A DNA stretch of 64,000 nucleotides from positions 1-64,000 of the IMG/VR virus record IMGVR_UViG_3300045988_147821, one strand, 5' to 3'. The notes beneath the pieces were generated by a model. That model was not told the DNA's origin and searched no databases. It saw only the letters and a list, made by a program, of their open reading frames with translations. The DNA is from a virus. Every line of letters starts with the position of its first letter. Position 1 is the stretch's first letter. The translations under genes were made by a program, and so were the position numbers. Shown here in pieces: positions 12,601 through 19,254 of this stretch.

Positions 12601-13190
12601 GTGCCTTGGGAATATCTGTTACCGTTATTTCTGATACGTTTACGGAATGTTTCATCATCCTCATAATCTCGTCCGCCAATAGCATAATATTCGTTCGTGC
12701 ATTCAATGTGTCCTAAAGGGCGTGGAGAAATCTGGACAATGCTGTTTGCTTCCACATTGGATGCAAGTCCTGTAATGGTACTTCGTACATGAACATATCC
12801 GTAACCCGATTCATTTACGGTAAGTGCTTCATCCGTTTCAAAACGTACACCCGATTTACTGATAAAAGTAGAACCAACAGCATACTTTGTTCCCGGTTCG
12901 GCATATACACGTACATACGTGGACGAACCAAGAGCATTCTTTCTTGGGCTTACACCAAACAAAGCTGCCGACTTGTCAAGATAATCACCTGTGGCATATT
13001 CGGGGAATAACTGTGCTTCCACAATGGCAATATCCTTGATTGCCTTCTGTGCCACCTTACCTACACCAAATGCAATGGCGTTGACCACTGAACCGTCAGC
13101 AACATTGCTTATCTTCGATGTCTGATCAATCAATACCTCTAAAAAGAGGTTTTTAAGAGTAGAAATACCGTTGTTTACTTTTGTAATCAT
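3657..13190 (-). CDS. giant baseplate-J-like / tail-fibre fusion protein (3177 aa)
   Basis: Single uninterrupted 9.5-kb ATG ORF. It has a Baseplate_J-like N-terminus, tandem CarboxypepD_reg-like beta-sandwich repeats, three ~180-aa super-repeats and a Tyr/Phe/Asn-rich C-terminal ~750 aa. Last gene of the baseplate block. Confidence 0.85.
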   Translation of the reverse strand: MITKVNNGISTLKNLFLEVLIDQTSKISNVADGSVVNAIAFGVGKVAQKAIKDIAIVEAQLFPEYATGDYLDKSAALFGVSPRKNALGSSTYVRVYAEPGTKYAVGSTFISKSGVRFETDEALTVNESGYGYVHVRSTITGLASNVEANSIVQISPRPLGHIECTNEYYAIGGRDYEDDETFRKRIRNNGNRYSQGTMEYWTQIFQEADDRVLKVMNVGLGEDGNTYIYLVTQNGVLFTEDELGVLLEKVKSKFSISEIDLNGDVIGIRLRNAKWMIVGGETGIDFRVELSSEYQTAEVRRNIQVALTKYLDFRFWDAGKTVQWDDLLSVVKNAEGVKYVPDEYFNPRYDMEVPINQLPRIQGFRMRDLQGNILYDSNQTLSSYFYPASEGDKIVSQIGTGITYLASFKVVNTRNNPVPDATISIGNSVITTDSKGTANILLENGEYNYTLTKKNWVTRTGQFVILNQPVYITINDFYAIPYNVTFKVITGLNPVENALITINGEEHTTGPDGTAVVSLEPGSYAYTIEKVNYQTITNGLSVLNQDILIEEEMFVETMKVNFAAIDRMNQIFVPDAVISVRNMTTKTDLEGQASMPLRIGSYELDAVRDGYLSFHREFDVDARIDNCVLLEMESAPYQITFTVIDIETNKVIPNASLQVNNQTYLTDESGQTIVSLVSGTWDFVVFKSGYLKYNGTVVVDGASKSVLVQLSVAYYNYYLVFRDIDTGDYLQGVQVTIRGKIYISDVNGQIVATLPNGSYDYIARRANYKDKLGTITVQDQDDKEIVYMEVRDSINTITVLDYLSNNPIEGASVKVYNKGTGEMIQELFSLSNGVCQFSAHSGEYYLIASHPDYIDTPQLDFTLERLKDMTMNVLMDRRTKTSIFEIDEIIPKTSSSLDSDEETATANPITNGISIKVTGLQWVSTNRFETVTKTYAISANGQVTVDILPLVEYTIEFVDKGFYNHDSTKHSWKMDVATDFFRWTVTCIKTLTFNVLQKNSNLPIEVENGPEEYPEIAVTGQSRPQRIRVDALGASTFYVSPGTFDTVTTQVDHITQNNELTFTTPPTAAKTIYLDYPELIWKMDIDADFPVSTKAVGLIVDIHRQLAPEYVFTGVTDTDGQFESDGKPEMYPLAPGYYVYEWGSDGNDSDWKPNTERIYFPVGHQKPTEFITDIALRKVTENKGWTLTRRYTVQDGIAPQVESPLPANIPFDIYANNQLLLSDQKVNAQGLISFDTFAGIRYKFQFKENYNIFYAEIAHVVLPSELTGGNLQMVTTPLVSHAITYNNVIYPSQTISTVQNLTVELDTSNTALKQSAATATLPKNIWLSPNEMRLTGELKYFTNTPNVFNPYDHIGEEDVERIKLDFTAKQYNIPVKLTESITGGIAANCPITIVSKWNPSIKYTATTGSNGTVTIPNVYYGDYTYTLGGNAVYEQKTGEVSFPVNGVESPLATWTNSVTYNTGDVTVNMKWQYREGLVVNLNGGLFSFQQGGGEAKTFTTDTSGNATISVVIGLPVSFTYKNNNNLIATNATFSHTFGAVGESYSYTLISKVYTQKIVVTEKNTGDKADDCRIILTHQLNSSIKFDVRTGTDGTVTIQNVPSGPYNWTAGEDVTYDSISGTATIPIGGGATSNDLNIQVVYNTGQVSLEIWTKIPGFGDQANGKIHSGLAVIVTQAGKQLFSGVTNEQGKVFFTASLEVPVTFELPDSAGIWTGSIPAHTYHAIGENYKVLLTRKTGTATITVNNSTTGGKAASCPTSMSQTLNGVTVSFSGTTDASGVWTVPNVPLSGGNYAVKAGGNNIFTSASGNMPSRTTSMSITLSVAYQQATFNVTVREIVPGFGDQTNGQLLGSLGSFNVTQSGATKQYTSNENGVLAIQGYVGVLFSIQIPYSGNYSNGTQSWTPANTGSSTTLKFTISKKVRLTFTNSIFGQNVTGVAVSATGATATQTYNSSGNNYVDVYVGARQVSATASRADYNNKVTAISQTSGNLGVAMEPVKYNVTITVKDGTWTDWVQSINGATVKLTSTRKNTVTYSGTTNASGQVVLNVYKTSPYTVNTSATNFTAASGTLGENATALTINMKRVSFNKTVTVQVGGKNITNTAVEMMCCENHKILFNSNTNGSAQFTATYYQGLHYISRIKPWSTAFTAGGITSQNYQEIRFTIQNGWNNGSAISTVWWNGTQKFSHTPGGITSGNRLICTLRVKVSDGSVTYHETRDTATWVNWIKANLTTGGYIAIVHTVCYKTQGFALNASEANSIVNMGNFGQCSIPGWWTLGGRYVFVLTNSPSGSGQNTGWMDLDLTNNTVGTYIRKGSVSPFTENNNTGVWGYNPTTSDTAAYTWNINPGSINANGGTYPYNHLKCIDGFNSGILSGATGVVTYSMGYQTQTTGSLADNGECWGKMLPGNVSWSVSKSGYLSASKGAVGLWTSRYQEITLARQGMFVKMTFRDTAQNATAPAGVAVQITGTDENGASIGTINLTTDASGSAIYNAKRLKQGSTVTWKFNYNYATMGWFDSTGSFTLPTSIPSGGTYAVTLSVDRIGDGTPWVEERGFKTSSIWNTGLSSLSESTSVYPVQDIYRRNICAIGPAPFGTQASAAYNPTPCLIFAYLMISKFGSGSSSRWSYVLCGLSAQLAFDPNIFTLYYNPIGSVITRPQVIVAGNSVNMMCSWNLTTFIYTAVSYSDNTSYSFTSTFGFFTYYHINPSYFYFVTHNDTITMQGDTDHTAWPAYHAGVMYQNFFTTTATSRGNYTLAYEYYFIAERDKDMFGRFYVTYGVFQNMMYADTDSNSPIVASSNVYRFGKALTSSYKFYMSPCNYFTNTSLFIAEAIMYNGKDYSFLESVIRNRDMFQSVIFYNILKTQTVSGMYIHQYFFNNIYGVYFAYTKPVSGITGSGANALLGLQLCHPFQPDNTMTTLNQYITSDCNDYIEYYNTGTLASGNVYNNYIFAHNFTGNKPNFYLFLTLTEFKKDVYINNYSGWQIGSMDVTDLSSQSPWNTLLSGYGNFKSVWRVQANSDFSKILIYMINLNNSQKIGLANNPEGGEIIMHSSSNYCTLDGIIAVQKVSGGSYKVVKNLNLIGWTDAMRNKIIGKPVACMGFTSRRPASFVSVSNPNGDVDSSKIVDDDERKRIVEQFSVPEKHAVVINHTLSVVNNMYLKQSAVNRDSGADLMTEFIIKF
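7440..9075 (-). repeat. three ~180-aa super-repeats inside the giant protein
   Basis: Each unit has a module with a conserved Cys (ANCPITIV / DDCRIILT / ASCPTSMS ...G(S/T)(N/D)G(T/V)(V/W)T(I/V)(P/Q)NV) plus a second module (PGFGDQANG / PGFGDQTNG). Unit starts lie near 9071, 8530 and 7985. Confidence 0.5.
10596..11978 (-). repeat. six tandem ~75-aa CarboxypepD_reg-like repeats (protein level, aa 405-865)
   Basis: Recurrent P-V-P-D-A-x-I-S-I...T-D-x-x-G-x-A...L-x-x-G-x-Y-x-Y units, e.g. NPVPDATISIGNSVITTDSKGTANILLENGEYNYTL, NPVENALITINGEEHTTGPDGTAVVSLEPGSYAYTI, VIPNASLQVNNQTYLTDESGQTIVSLVSGTWDF. Confidence 0.6.
12066..13190 (-). other. Baseplate_J (P2 gpJ / T4 gp6)-like domain, aa 1-375 of the giant protein
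   Basis: Pattern ..DYLDKSAALFGVSPRKNA..GSTFIS..G..FETDE..NVEANSI..N..AIGGRDYEDDETFRKRIR.. matches the family signature as I remember it. Confidence 0.6.
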
Positions 13191-13220
13191 TTCTTACTAC
13201 GATTATATTTTTAATTCAAG

Positions 13221-14135
13221 TTATATTTTTATTTTCTGTACAAATTCCTGATTGCCGACAGAGGTTGCCTTTACTTCTAGGAACACAGCATCATTTTCCG
13301 ATTTAAGATTCAGAAGTTCCACGGATACCCATCTACTGTCACGTTGAAACATATTCAGAAGATGTTTGTAGAGTGAAGCATACTGTATGGCATTGAGCGT
13401 TGTTCCCACAAACTCATTAGGAAGGCCGTATTCGGGAAATTCGGGGATACAACCCTTCATTGCAGTGGATATGATATCGAGTGCCTGCACCATACAAGGC
13501 TCTTCCCGTATTGTTCTAAGGTCATTGTTATCAATGGAAAAATCCGTTGTAACATCTTTCCCCAACACATTCTTACCCGACAATGTGTCTATCACACTGT
13601 CAACGGAATTTGTGCCGGAGTTTTTGAAATTGACGTGGAACGTATTCTTGGAACCGTTTTCGGGGGTATAATCTTCCTCTATGATATATTGGCGTGTTAC
13701 AATATTCAACCAATCATCTTCGGGATTGCCGTCACCACGTTTATAGGACATATCCTCAAATGTCTGATTAGGTGACAGGCGTGTGGTTATCTGTATCGAG
13801 TTGGTATTGTCAACTTCGGCAGAACGTAACCATCTTGCAGAATTTTTGATGGTCCATATCTTTGTCTGTACCTCTGTAAAATCGTCAAGAATATCCCACA
13901 TGGATATATCGTCAAGAACCGTCTTGTTCAGAGAAAACAACGGCTCGATAATCTTGACTTTCCTTTCCATATCGTCAAGTCGCGAAAAGGCTTCGGGAAC
14001 CATCTCCCCTCCTTGGTAATAGGTAACGACGGAAGCATAGTATGTATTTGAGAAATTCACAAATTCCTCAAAAAAAGCCTTTATATCATATCCCGTGGCC
14101 TGTTTGAATCTGTTATATGCGGTGGTATCTGTCAT
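13221..14135 (-). CDS. baseplate-associated protein (304 aa), positional call
   Basis: ATG ORF 30 nt upstream of the baseplate-J-like gene in the same operon. No motif recognised. Confidence 0.5.
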   Translation of the reverse strand: MTDTTAYNRFKQATGYDIKAFFEEFVNFSNTYYASVVTYYQGGEMVPEAFSRLDDMERKVKIIEPLFSLNKTVLDDISMWDILDDFTEVQTKIWTIKNSARWLRSAEVDNTNSIQITTRLSPNQTFEDMSYKRGDGNPEDDWLNIVTRQYIIEEDYTPENGSKNTFHVNFKNSGTNSVDSVIDTLSGKNVLGKDVTTDFSIDNNDLRTIREEPCMVQALDIISTAMKGCIPEFPEYGLPNEFVGTTLNAIQYASLYKHLLNMFQRDSRWVSVELLNLKSENDAVFLEVKATSVGNQEFVQKIKI

Positions 14136-14139
14136 ATCA

Positions 14140-14907
14140 TTACAGTTTATTTCTTATCACGTTGGCAATATCATATACTGCCTTCTGTATCGAACCCGAA
14201 GATAATGCCTTCTTCGTCTTGTTCTGTGCACCCTGCACGGCTTCCAATGGAGCGACACCCATAAGGCTTAACTGATAGTTCCATATCATGTTGCTATTCA
14301 TGCTTTGGGAAAAGTTAAGGCAGTTGGGCGGTGCGATACACATGTAGGATTCCCCTAATGCAAGATTGTAGAAATACAGTCTGAACGGTTTTCCTGTCTG
14401 ATCACTCACTCCATTGCTCTTGTCTATGATAGACTGCATTATCTTGATACACCCGAACCCGTTCTTCACTGTTCCAGAAGGGTCTATCGAAACAGTTTTC
14501 AATCCGTTGGATTTCCCCATTAACTGATAGAGGGCACGTTTCCCAGCTGATATGGAAAATGCAGAACCCGATATGGTCACACCTGTCTGCAACATAATCT
14601 TGAACTGCCTGCCGAAATTTCCTCTTATGGTTATGTTTTTGGGAACAAAGGCAGTAGAGGATAACACTGAAAGACCTCCTGCCGTTTGTTGCACTGTCGT
14701 ATTCTTGCTTTCCGTTACCGAAATGGAATCGGGTTGTATGGGGAAGGTGAAATAGTCTATCGTATTACCCTTATCATCAGTCAGTTCAAGCGCGCAAAGA
14801 TACACCTCAAAATCCGTAGGGAACTTTGACGCAAGAAGCGATTTTCCGGCCGTTTTTGCGGTTTCTATCGCTGTATTGACTATTGTATTTACAATACTAC
14901 TTGCCAT
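14140..14907 (-). CDS. tail/baseplate protein (255 aa), positional call
   Basis: ATG ORF with a 4-nt gap to the downstream gene, inside the baseplate block. Confidence 0.5.
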   Translation of the reverse strand: MASSIVNTIVNTAIETAKTAGKSLLASKFPTDFEVYLCALELTDDKGNTIDYFTFPIQPDSISVTESKNTTVQQTAGGLSVLSSTAFVPKNITIRGNFGRQFKIMLQTGVTISGSAFSISAGKRALYQLMGKSNGLKTVSIDPSGTVKNGFGCIKIMQSIIDKSNGVSDQTGKPFRLYFYNLALGESYMCIAPPNCLNFSQSMNSNMIWNYQLSLMGVAPLEAVQGAQNKTKKALSSGSIQKAVYDIANVIRNKL

Positions 14908-14927
14908 TGTTTATTCTCATTAAAATA

Positions 14928-15470
14928 TCATCCTAGAAGTGCTTTTGCTGCCTGCAATGCGGAACTTGCACCACTTAAAACCGAATCAAGTCCTGAAACA
15001 AGACCTCCTGCCACATCCTGCATACTCATTTGTATAACAAGGCCCGAAAGCTGTTTTACAGAGGATTGTGTCATAGTTATTGCACTGTTCATCCCATCAA
15101 CCGTACCACTCAAAGATGCTTTCGCTCCATTGGTGGAAGTGGTTGCCCCTGTTCCTGCTCCCGATCCCGCTCCTGTTACGGGATATGGTCCAGCAGTACC
15201 CGTAACCGTTGTTGATACGGATGTGTTCACGGTTTCCATTGACGCAACCGCCTTCGCTGCCGAACCTCCGATAGTAGAAGCTATGTTTTCAACAGAGGAT
15301 TTTATCGAATCATACAGTTGGTCCGCTTCATCTATCTTTGCTTGAAGCGCATCTCCGGCCGCATCCACCATTCCCTTTACAAAATCATCCGCCTTGTCAC
15401 CCAATGTGGCTATATAATCCTTGAATTTGGCACGGACAATCATTTCCTTTGATATTCCTAGACTTCCCAT
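14928..15470 (-). CDS. Ala/Gly/Ser/Thr-rich low-complexity tail protein (180 aa)
   Basis: The track ORF 14928..15602 would overlap the upstream gene by 128 nt. The internal ATG at 15470 lies 4 nt after that gene's stop (15475) and is the likely start. Confidence 0.5.
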   Translation of the reverse strand: MGSLGISKEMIVRAKFKDYIATLGDKADDFVKGMVDAAGDALQAKIDEADQLYDSIKSSVENIASTIGGSAAKAVASMETVNTSVSTTVTGTAGPYPVTGAGSGAGTGATTSTNGAKASLSGTVDGMNSAITMTQSSVKQLSGLVIQMSMQDVAGGLVSGLDSVLSGASSALQAAKALLG

Positions 15471-15474
15471 AACA

Positions 15475-16461
15475 TCAATGTGTAAAATTCTTATCTTCCA
15501 TCTTGGGCATTTCACTGGCCATCCATGATGATACCTGTGAGCCGGACATGGCTGCAAGAAGGTCTTTTGCCACCGCTTGTATGAATGATTCAAACTGTGC
15601 AATGTTAAGCACCCCTCTATTCTTTCCTCCGTTTATTTCAACCAACTTTCCCGACATTATTTCAATCTTATCCTTTGTCATTCGGATAAAATCATTGTTC
15701 TCACCAAATGTCATTTCAAACTTGCCATCCGTAATGGTGACGGTCTGTTTGCTGGTATTCTGTATAAGTTCAAACTTATCCTTGTTGAACAAGATTGAGT
15801 TTGTTATCTTATCATCGCCATATATCTGCTTATAGGAAAGTTGTTCAAGGTCATGTTTTATCTCATACACCTCATCATCCAACTTTTCCTTTGGCAGTTT
15901 GGGGTTTTTCAGATTCTCTATATGCTCCTTATAGGAGGTTGATTCTATCTTCTTGCATCCCTTTACGTTCACGCTACCCGTGGAATAGAGGTTGATTTTT
16001 GCAGATTCACTTCCTGTTGCGTTCACATCCACTGACACCTCATCCTTGCTCTGAACATCAAGGCTTATATGATTGTTTGTTGGATCAATCGTAACAGCAC
16101 AGGAAACACCGTTGACAATCTTTCTGAACTGGATCGTATTCTCATACCCGGAAGGCGTTTCCGTTTCATTCACAAGCGTTCCTGTAACAATGGAAGCGTT
16201 GGTGTATCTGTTCGACATAACCACCACAGGACTTCCCAATTCTCCCGGAGTATCAGGAAACGTAATGTTGTTCAATGCTTCACGTGTAATAGGAACATCC
16301 TGTTTGAACACGCCACCGTCAAAGTACACCATCACCTTACACCTTCTCATGCAAGTATCGATGAAATCCTTGCGTTCACATCCTGACGGGATGGTTATAT
16401 ATCCTATATTCATCCCGTCAAGCGAATTTGCCAGTGCCCTGTATTTTCCTCTGTTATTCAT
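15475..16461 (-). CDS. candidate baseplate spike/hub protein (328 aa)
   Basis: Position between a hub-sized protein and wedge genes. Contains a repetitive short beta-strand-like segment ISLDVQSKDEVSVDVNATGSESAKINLYSTGSVNVKG. Inference only. Confidence 0.4.
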   Translation of the reverse strand: MNNRGKYRALANSLDGMNIGYITIPSGCERKDFIDTCMRRCKVMVYFDGGVFKQDVPITREALNNITFPDTPGELGSPVVVMSNRYTNASIVTGTLVNETETPSGYENTIQFRKIVNGVSCAVTIDPTNNHISLDVQSKDEVSVDVNATGSESAKINLYSTGSVNVKGCKKIESTSYKEHIENLKNPKLPKEKLDDEVYEIKHDLEQLSYKQIYGDDKITNSILFNKDKFELIQNTSKQTVTITDGKFEMTFGENNDFIRMTKDKIEIMSGKLVEINGGKNRGVLNIAQFESFIQAVAKDLLAAMSGSQVSSWMASEMPKMEDKNFTH

Positions 16462-16500
16462 TTATATTCTCCTTTTATCACAAAAATAAGGAATCGCCTG

Positions 16501-18666
16501 TTATTCACCAAACATTTTGCGTTGCACGAAGAAATCGAATACATCCTGTTTGACGTGTATTTCATTTTTCCATGATGCAATTGTTTTGGCTTCCTCTTTC
16601 TTCTGCTTCACTTCCTGTACCATATCACGTAACGGTTTGAGGTCAACTATATCGAAATAGGATTTTACCCCACTTAAACCGTTGGAATTATCGGTACGTT
16701 TCTTGTTCACGTCAGAAAGCGAACTTCCTTCAAGAATAGGAACGTACATTCCTCTTTCCACATTCAACGTTGTTGTTCTCTGTATTCCGTCAGTGGAGAA
16801 TTGCAGGTTTTGCGTAACACCCGTTACGTAAAAGAACTCATTGGAAAATTCCGACTTTACAAATGTACCTACCTTTATCCGTCTGTCACCTACAATGGTT
16901 ATCGTACCCCTTCTTGTGAACGGAAGATACATATTGGATTCAATAAGGAATACAAGGTCTGTCAGGCATGCAAGCTGGAAATTGCTTATGATAGGAACCG
17001 CATCCGGGCCATGGACATCCGTAACCTGCAAATAAATATCTGTCATTCTTAACTGTCGCATACCCCACATCTCCGCAAATTCGGGAATTGACACAATAGG
17101 AATGAATGTACGTACCGTACCCTGGTCTGAACCCAGCCATGAGTTTCCTATATCTATCTGATACCATGAATAGAATCTATCATCATAGGAAAGTGACTGT
17201 GAAATGATGTTTGAAGCGTCTATGGTAACGTATGTATTACTACTGAACACTTCCTCTATTGCAGCTTTCGTAACAGGCGGTCTACGTACAACAAGGTTTA
17301 TGTCATTGATATAGGTATCAAAGAAATATTCCACAAACGGGAACTGACACACCTTGTCCATATATTCGGTCATTGTTCCTCCCGGATTGGCTATGCCACG
17401 ATCACAAAGCGTAAGATTGTCAAGTTCCGAATCCATGTAGACTTTCAATATCTGCCATACGCCCTTCGGACTGTCTGTTTTTTGTCCGGGCACTGATTCA
17501 TCACTTGAACGTTTGTCAGGAAAATTATCGAATATAGTTCCCCTTGTTGCTCTTACATGTGACATTACATTTATTATCCACCACACACATTCCTTCATTT
17601 TCTTGAAGTCAAGTTTCCACAGGAAGTCGTATTCCCCTGTTATAGGATTCCTCTGCTGTGTACTTTCGGCATTATAGCTGTAATTAAGTGCCTTGGAAAC
17701 TGTCTGTAACGGTAGGAACCAATCGCCATCTTCATCAAAGAATTTCGACATATCCCTTCCTGTTATCTCTATGGACGTAATGTTGTCAAGTCCATCATAA
17801 GATACCTGACAGTTGTCCACGAACCCTATCATATCCCAGTACAGTTCTCCGGGCTTGTTATTCTGTATGACAAGATCCATTTCCTCTGTTGATTGCAGAT
17901 CCTCCCATTCTTCAAGTTCCAATGTTTCAAACTTGATAAACACCGTATCATTGTACTGCACGAATTTTTCAAGGAAACTCTTGGTCTGATATTTTCCTCC
18001 CGACATTTGCGCATACTGTTCCACAATGGAACCGCCTGTATCCATAAGAACCGATTTATAGTTGGGGGCAACCGTCATGGAGAATGAACCTGTCTTTCTT
18101 GTTTTCCATGTATTCAATGATATTACAAGGGGAGTAATATCAACAACCTTGTCAAGTGACACCATATATAGGTACACACGACAATTCGCACGCATTGTAA
18201 GAAGGCTCATTCCTGTTTCAACGAAATCAGAATTTAATACCTGTTGTGATCTTATAAACTTATCATCCCCCACAAGTTCAAGGTATTGTGCCGAATAATA
18301 AGGTTTTACGTCCATATTTTCAAACACAGAATCCATATTAGGATAATCGGGGAATGACCTGCGCTCAAATCCGTCACCCTTGAATATTACGGTGGTCTGC
18401 GGTTTTATGAACGGAAGTGCCTTTGCATCATAAGCATCCTTATATTTCACCTTTTCTATATCGTCATAGGTATTCCACACAACTTCCAAATTGGTGTTGT
18501 TGTTATTTAATTTCTCGTCTTTCCACTCCGTCCAAAACTTTTCAGGAGTATATTTTCTTTCCTGGTCTTTCGGAGCACGCTTTTGGTAACTTTCGATCCA
18601 TCCCGGAACATCCTCTATTTTTGTGGATGTAATGACGGAAAGATATTCCTTATCCTGTTCTGCCAT
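16501..18666 (-). CDS. large tail/baseplate hub-type protein (721 aa), positional call
   Basis: First minus-strand structural gene after the tape measure. Size and position are typical of a hub or distal tail protein. Confidence 0.5.
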   Translation of the reverse strand: MAEQDKEYLSVITSTKIEDVPGWIESYQKRAPKDQERKYTPEKFWTEWKDEKLNNNNTNLEVVWNTYDDIEKVKYKDAYDAKALPFIKPQTTVIFKGDGFERRSFPDYPNMDSVFENMDVKPYYSAQYLELVGDDKFIRSQQVLNSDFVETGMSLLTMRANCRVYLYMVSLDKVVDITPLVISLNTWKTRKTGSFSMTVAPNYKSVLMDTGGSIVEQYAQMSGGKYQTKSFLEKFVQYNDTVFIKFETLELEEWEDLQSTEEMDLVIQNNKPGELYWDMIGFVDNCQVSYDGLDNITSIEITGRDMSKFFDEDGDWFLPLQTVSKALNYSYNAESTQQRNPITGEYDFLWKLDFKKMKECVWWIINVMSHVRATRGTIFDNFPDKRSSDESVPGQKTDSPKGVWQILKVYMDSELDNLTLCDRGIANPGGTMTEYMDKVCQFPFVEYFFDTYINDINLVVRRPPVTKAAIEEVFSSNTYVTIDASNIISQSLSYDDRFYSWYQIDIGNSWLGSDQGTVRTFIPIVSIPEFAEMWGMRQLRMTDIYLQVTDVHGPDAVPIISNFQLACLTDLVFLIESNMYLPFTRRGTITIVGDRRIKVGTFVKSEFSNEFFYVTGVTQNLQFSTDGIQRTTTLNVERGMYVPILEGSSLSDVNKKRTDNSNGLSGVKSYFDIVDLKPLRDMVQEVKQKKEEAKTIASWKNEIHVKQDVFDFFVQRKMFGE

Positions 18667-18730
18667 AACGATTATATGTTAATTAAATGTTAATTCTTTA
18701 AATTTTATTTCAAGTTTAAATGAAATAGTT

Positions 18731-18738
18731 TAAATTTG
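18731..18738 (+). promoter_or_regulatory. Bacteroides-type -7 box TAAATTTG
   Basis: Exact TAnnTTTG, 25 nt upstream of ATG 18763. It drives the two plus-strand genes embedded in the minus-strand tail operon. Confidence 0.55.
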
Positions 18739-18762
18739 CACCAACAAATTAAACTAACGATT

Positions 18763-18927
18763 ATGAACAAAGATACTGAAAATAACAGGAAAGAGAAGCA
18801 AAAAGACCGTTCAGTTATATGGTGGGGCTTCTATGGATTGTGGGTTGGGATAAAATTCAGTGTTATCCTGTATATCCTTGGTATGATAGTGATTATGACA
18901 ATGACAATTATATGTAAAACTTTTTAA
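18763..18927 (+). CDS. small membrane protein (54 aa)
   Basis: The track ORF starts at TTG 18736, inside the promoter box; the first ATG is at 18763. Hydrophobic stretch WWGFYGLWVGIKFSVILYILGMIVIMTMTII. Confidence 0.5.
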   Translation: MNKDTENNRKEKQKDRSVIWWGFYGLWVGIKFSVILYILGMIVIMTMTIICKTF

Positions 18928-18932
18928 ATATT

Positions 18933-19220
18933 ATGGGTATGAATACAAATGATGTAGTATTGTTTAGCGGACTGTGGTTCGTATTGTGTGTGGTAGTGTA
19001 CGTTATCTTTGTTTGTCAAACAAGTAAACTGGCACAAAAATTAGGAAGGGATATTTTTATATGGACAGTATGCGCTATCTTTATGACCCCTGTGTTTGCA
19101 ATACTGATGCTTCACTGTCTTGGACGAACGGAGAAAAAGATTAAGGAAGATTTCTTTCAGGAACTACAATGGAAACAAGATTTTGAAAGAGGAGTTCCTA
19201 TAAAGAAAGGGGGAGAATGA
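18933..19220 (+). CDS. membrane protein with two predicted TM helices (95 aa)
   Basis: ATG ORF. VVLFSGLWFVLCVVVYVIFV and IFIWTVCAIFMTPVFAILMLHCL. Followed by a terminator that overlaps its stop. Confidence 0.55.
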   Translation: MGMNTNDVVLFSGLWFVLCVVVYVIFVCQTSKLAQKLGRDIFIWTVCAIFMTPVFAILMLHCLGRTEKKIKEDFFQELQWKQDFERGVPIKKGGE

Positions 19221-19236
19221 TTTTCTCCCTCTTTTT
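19207..19236 (+). terminator. rho-independent terminator
   Basis: AAGGGGGAGAA / TTCTCCCTCTT stem (one G-T pair) followed by TTTTT. Convergent with the tape-measure gene stop at 19255. Confidence 0.6.
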
Positions 19237-19254
19237 GGTAATAAGCAAATTCAA

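Noticed and set aside
3667-13010. About 25 plus- and minus-strand track ORFs (60-123 aa) overlapping the 3177-aa gene
   Set aside because: All lie inside one uninterrupted 9.5-kb ORF with clear domain content. They are shadow ORFs of a relatively GC-rich coding region, with low-complexity or odd composition.
14928-15602. Long form of the ORF (224 aa) overlapping the upstream gene by 128 nt
   Set aside because: The N-terminal 44 codons are His/Trp/Pro/Cys-rich shadow sequence. An ATG 4 nt after the upstream stop gives a compact, coupled gene.
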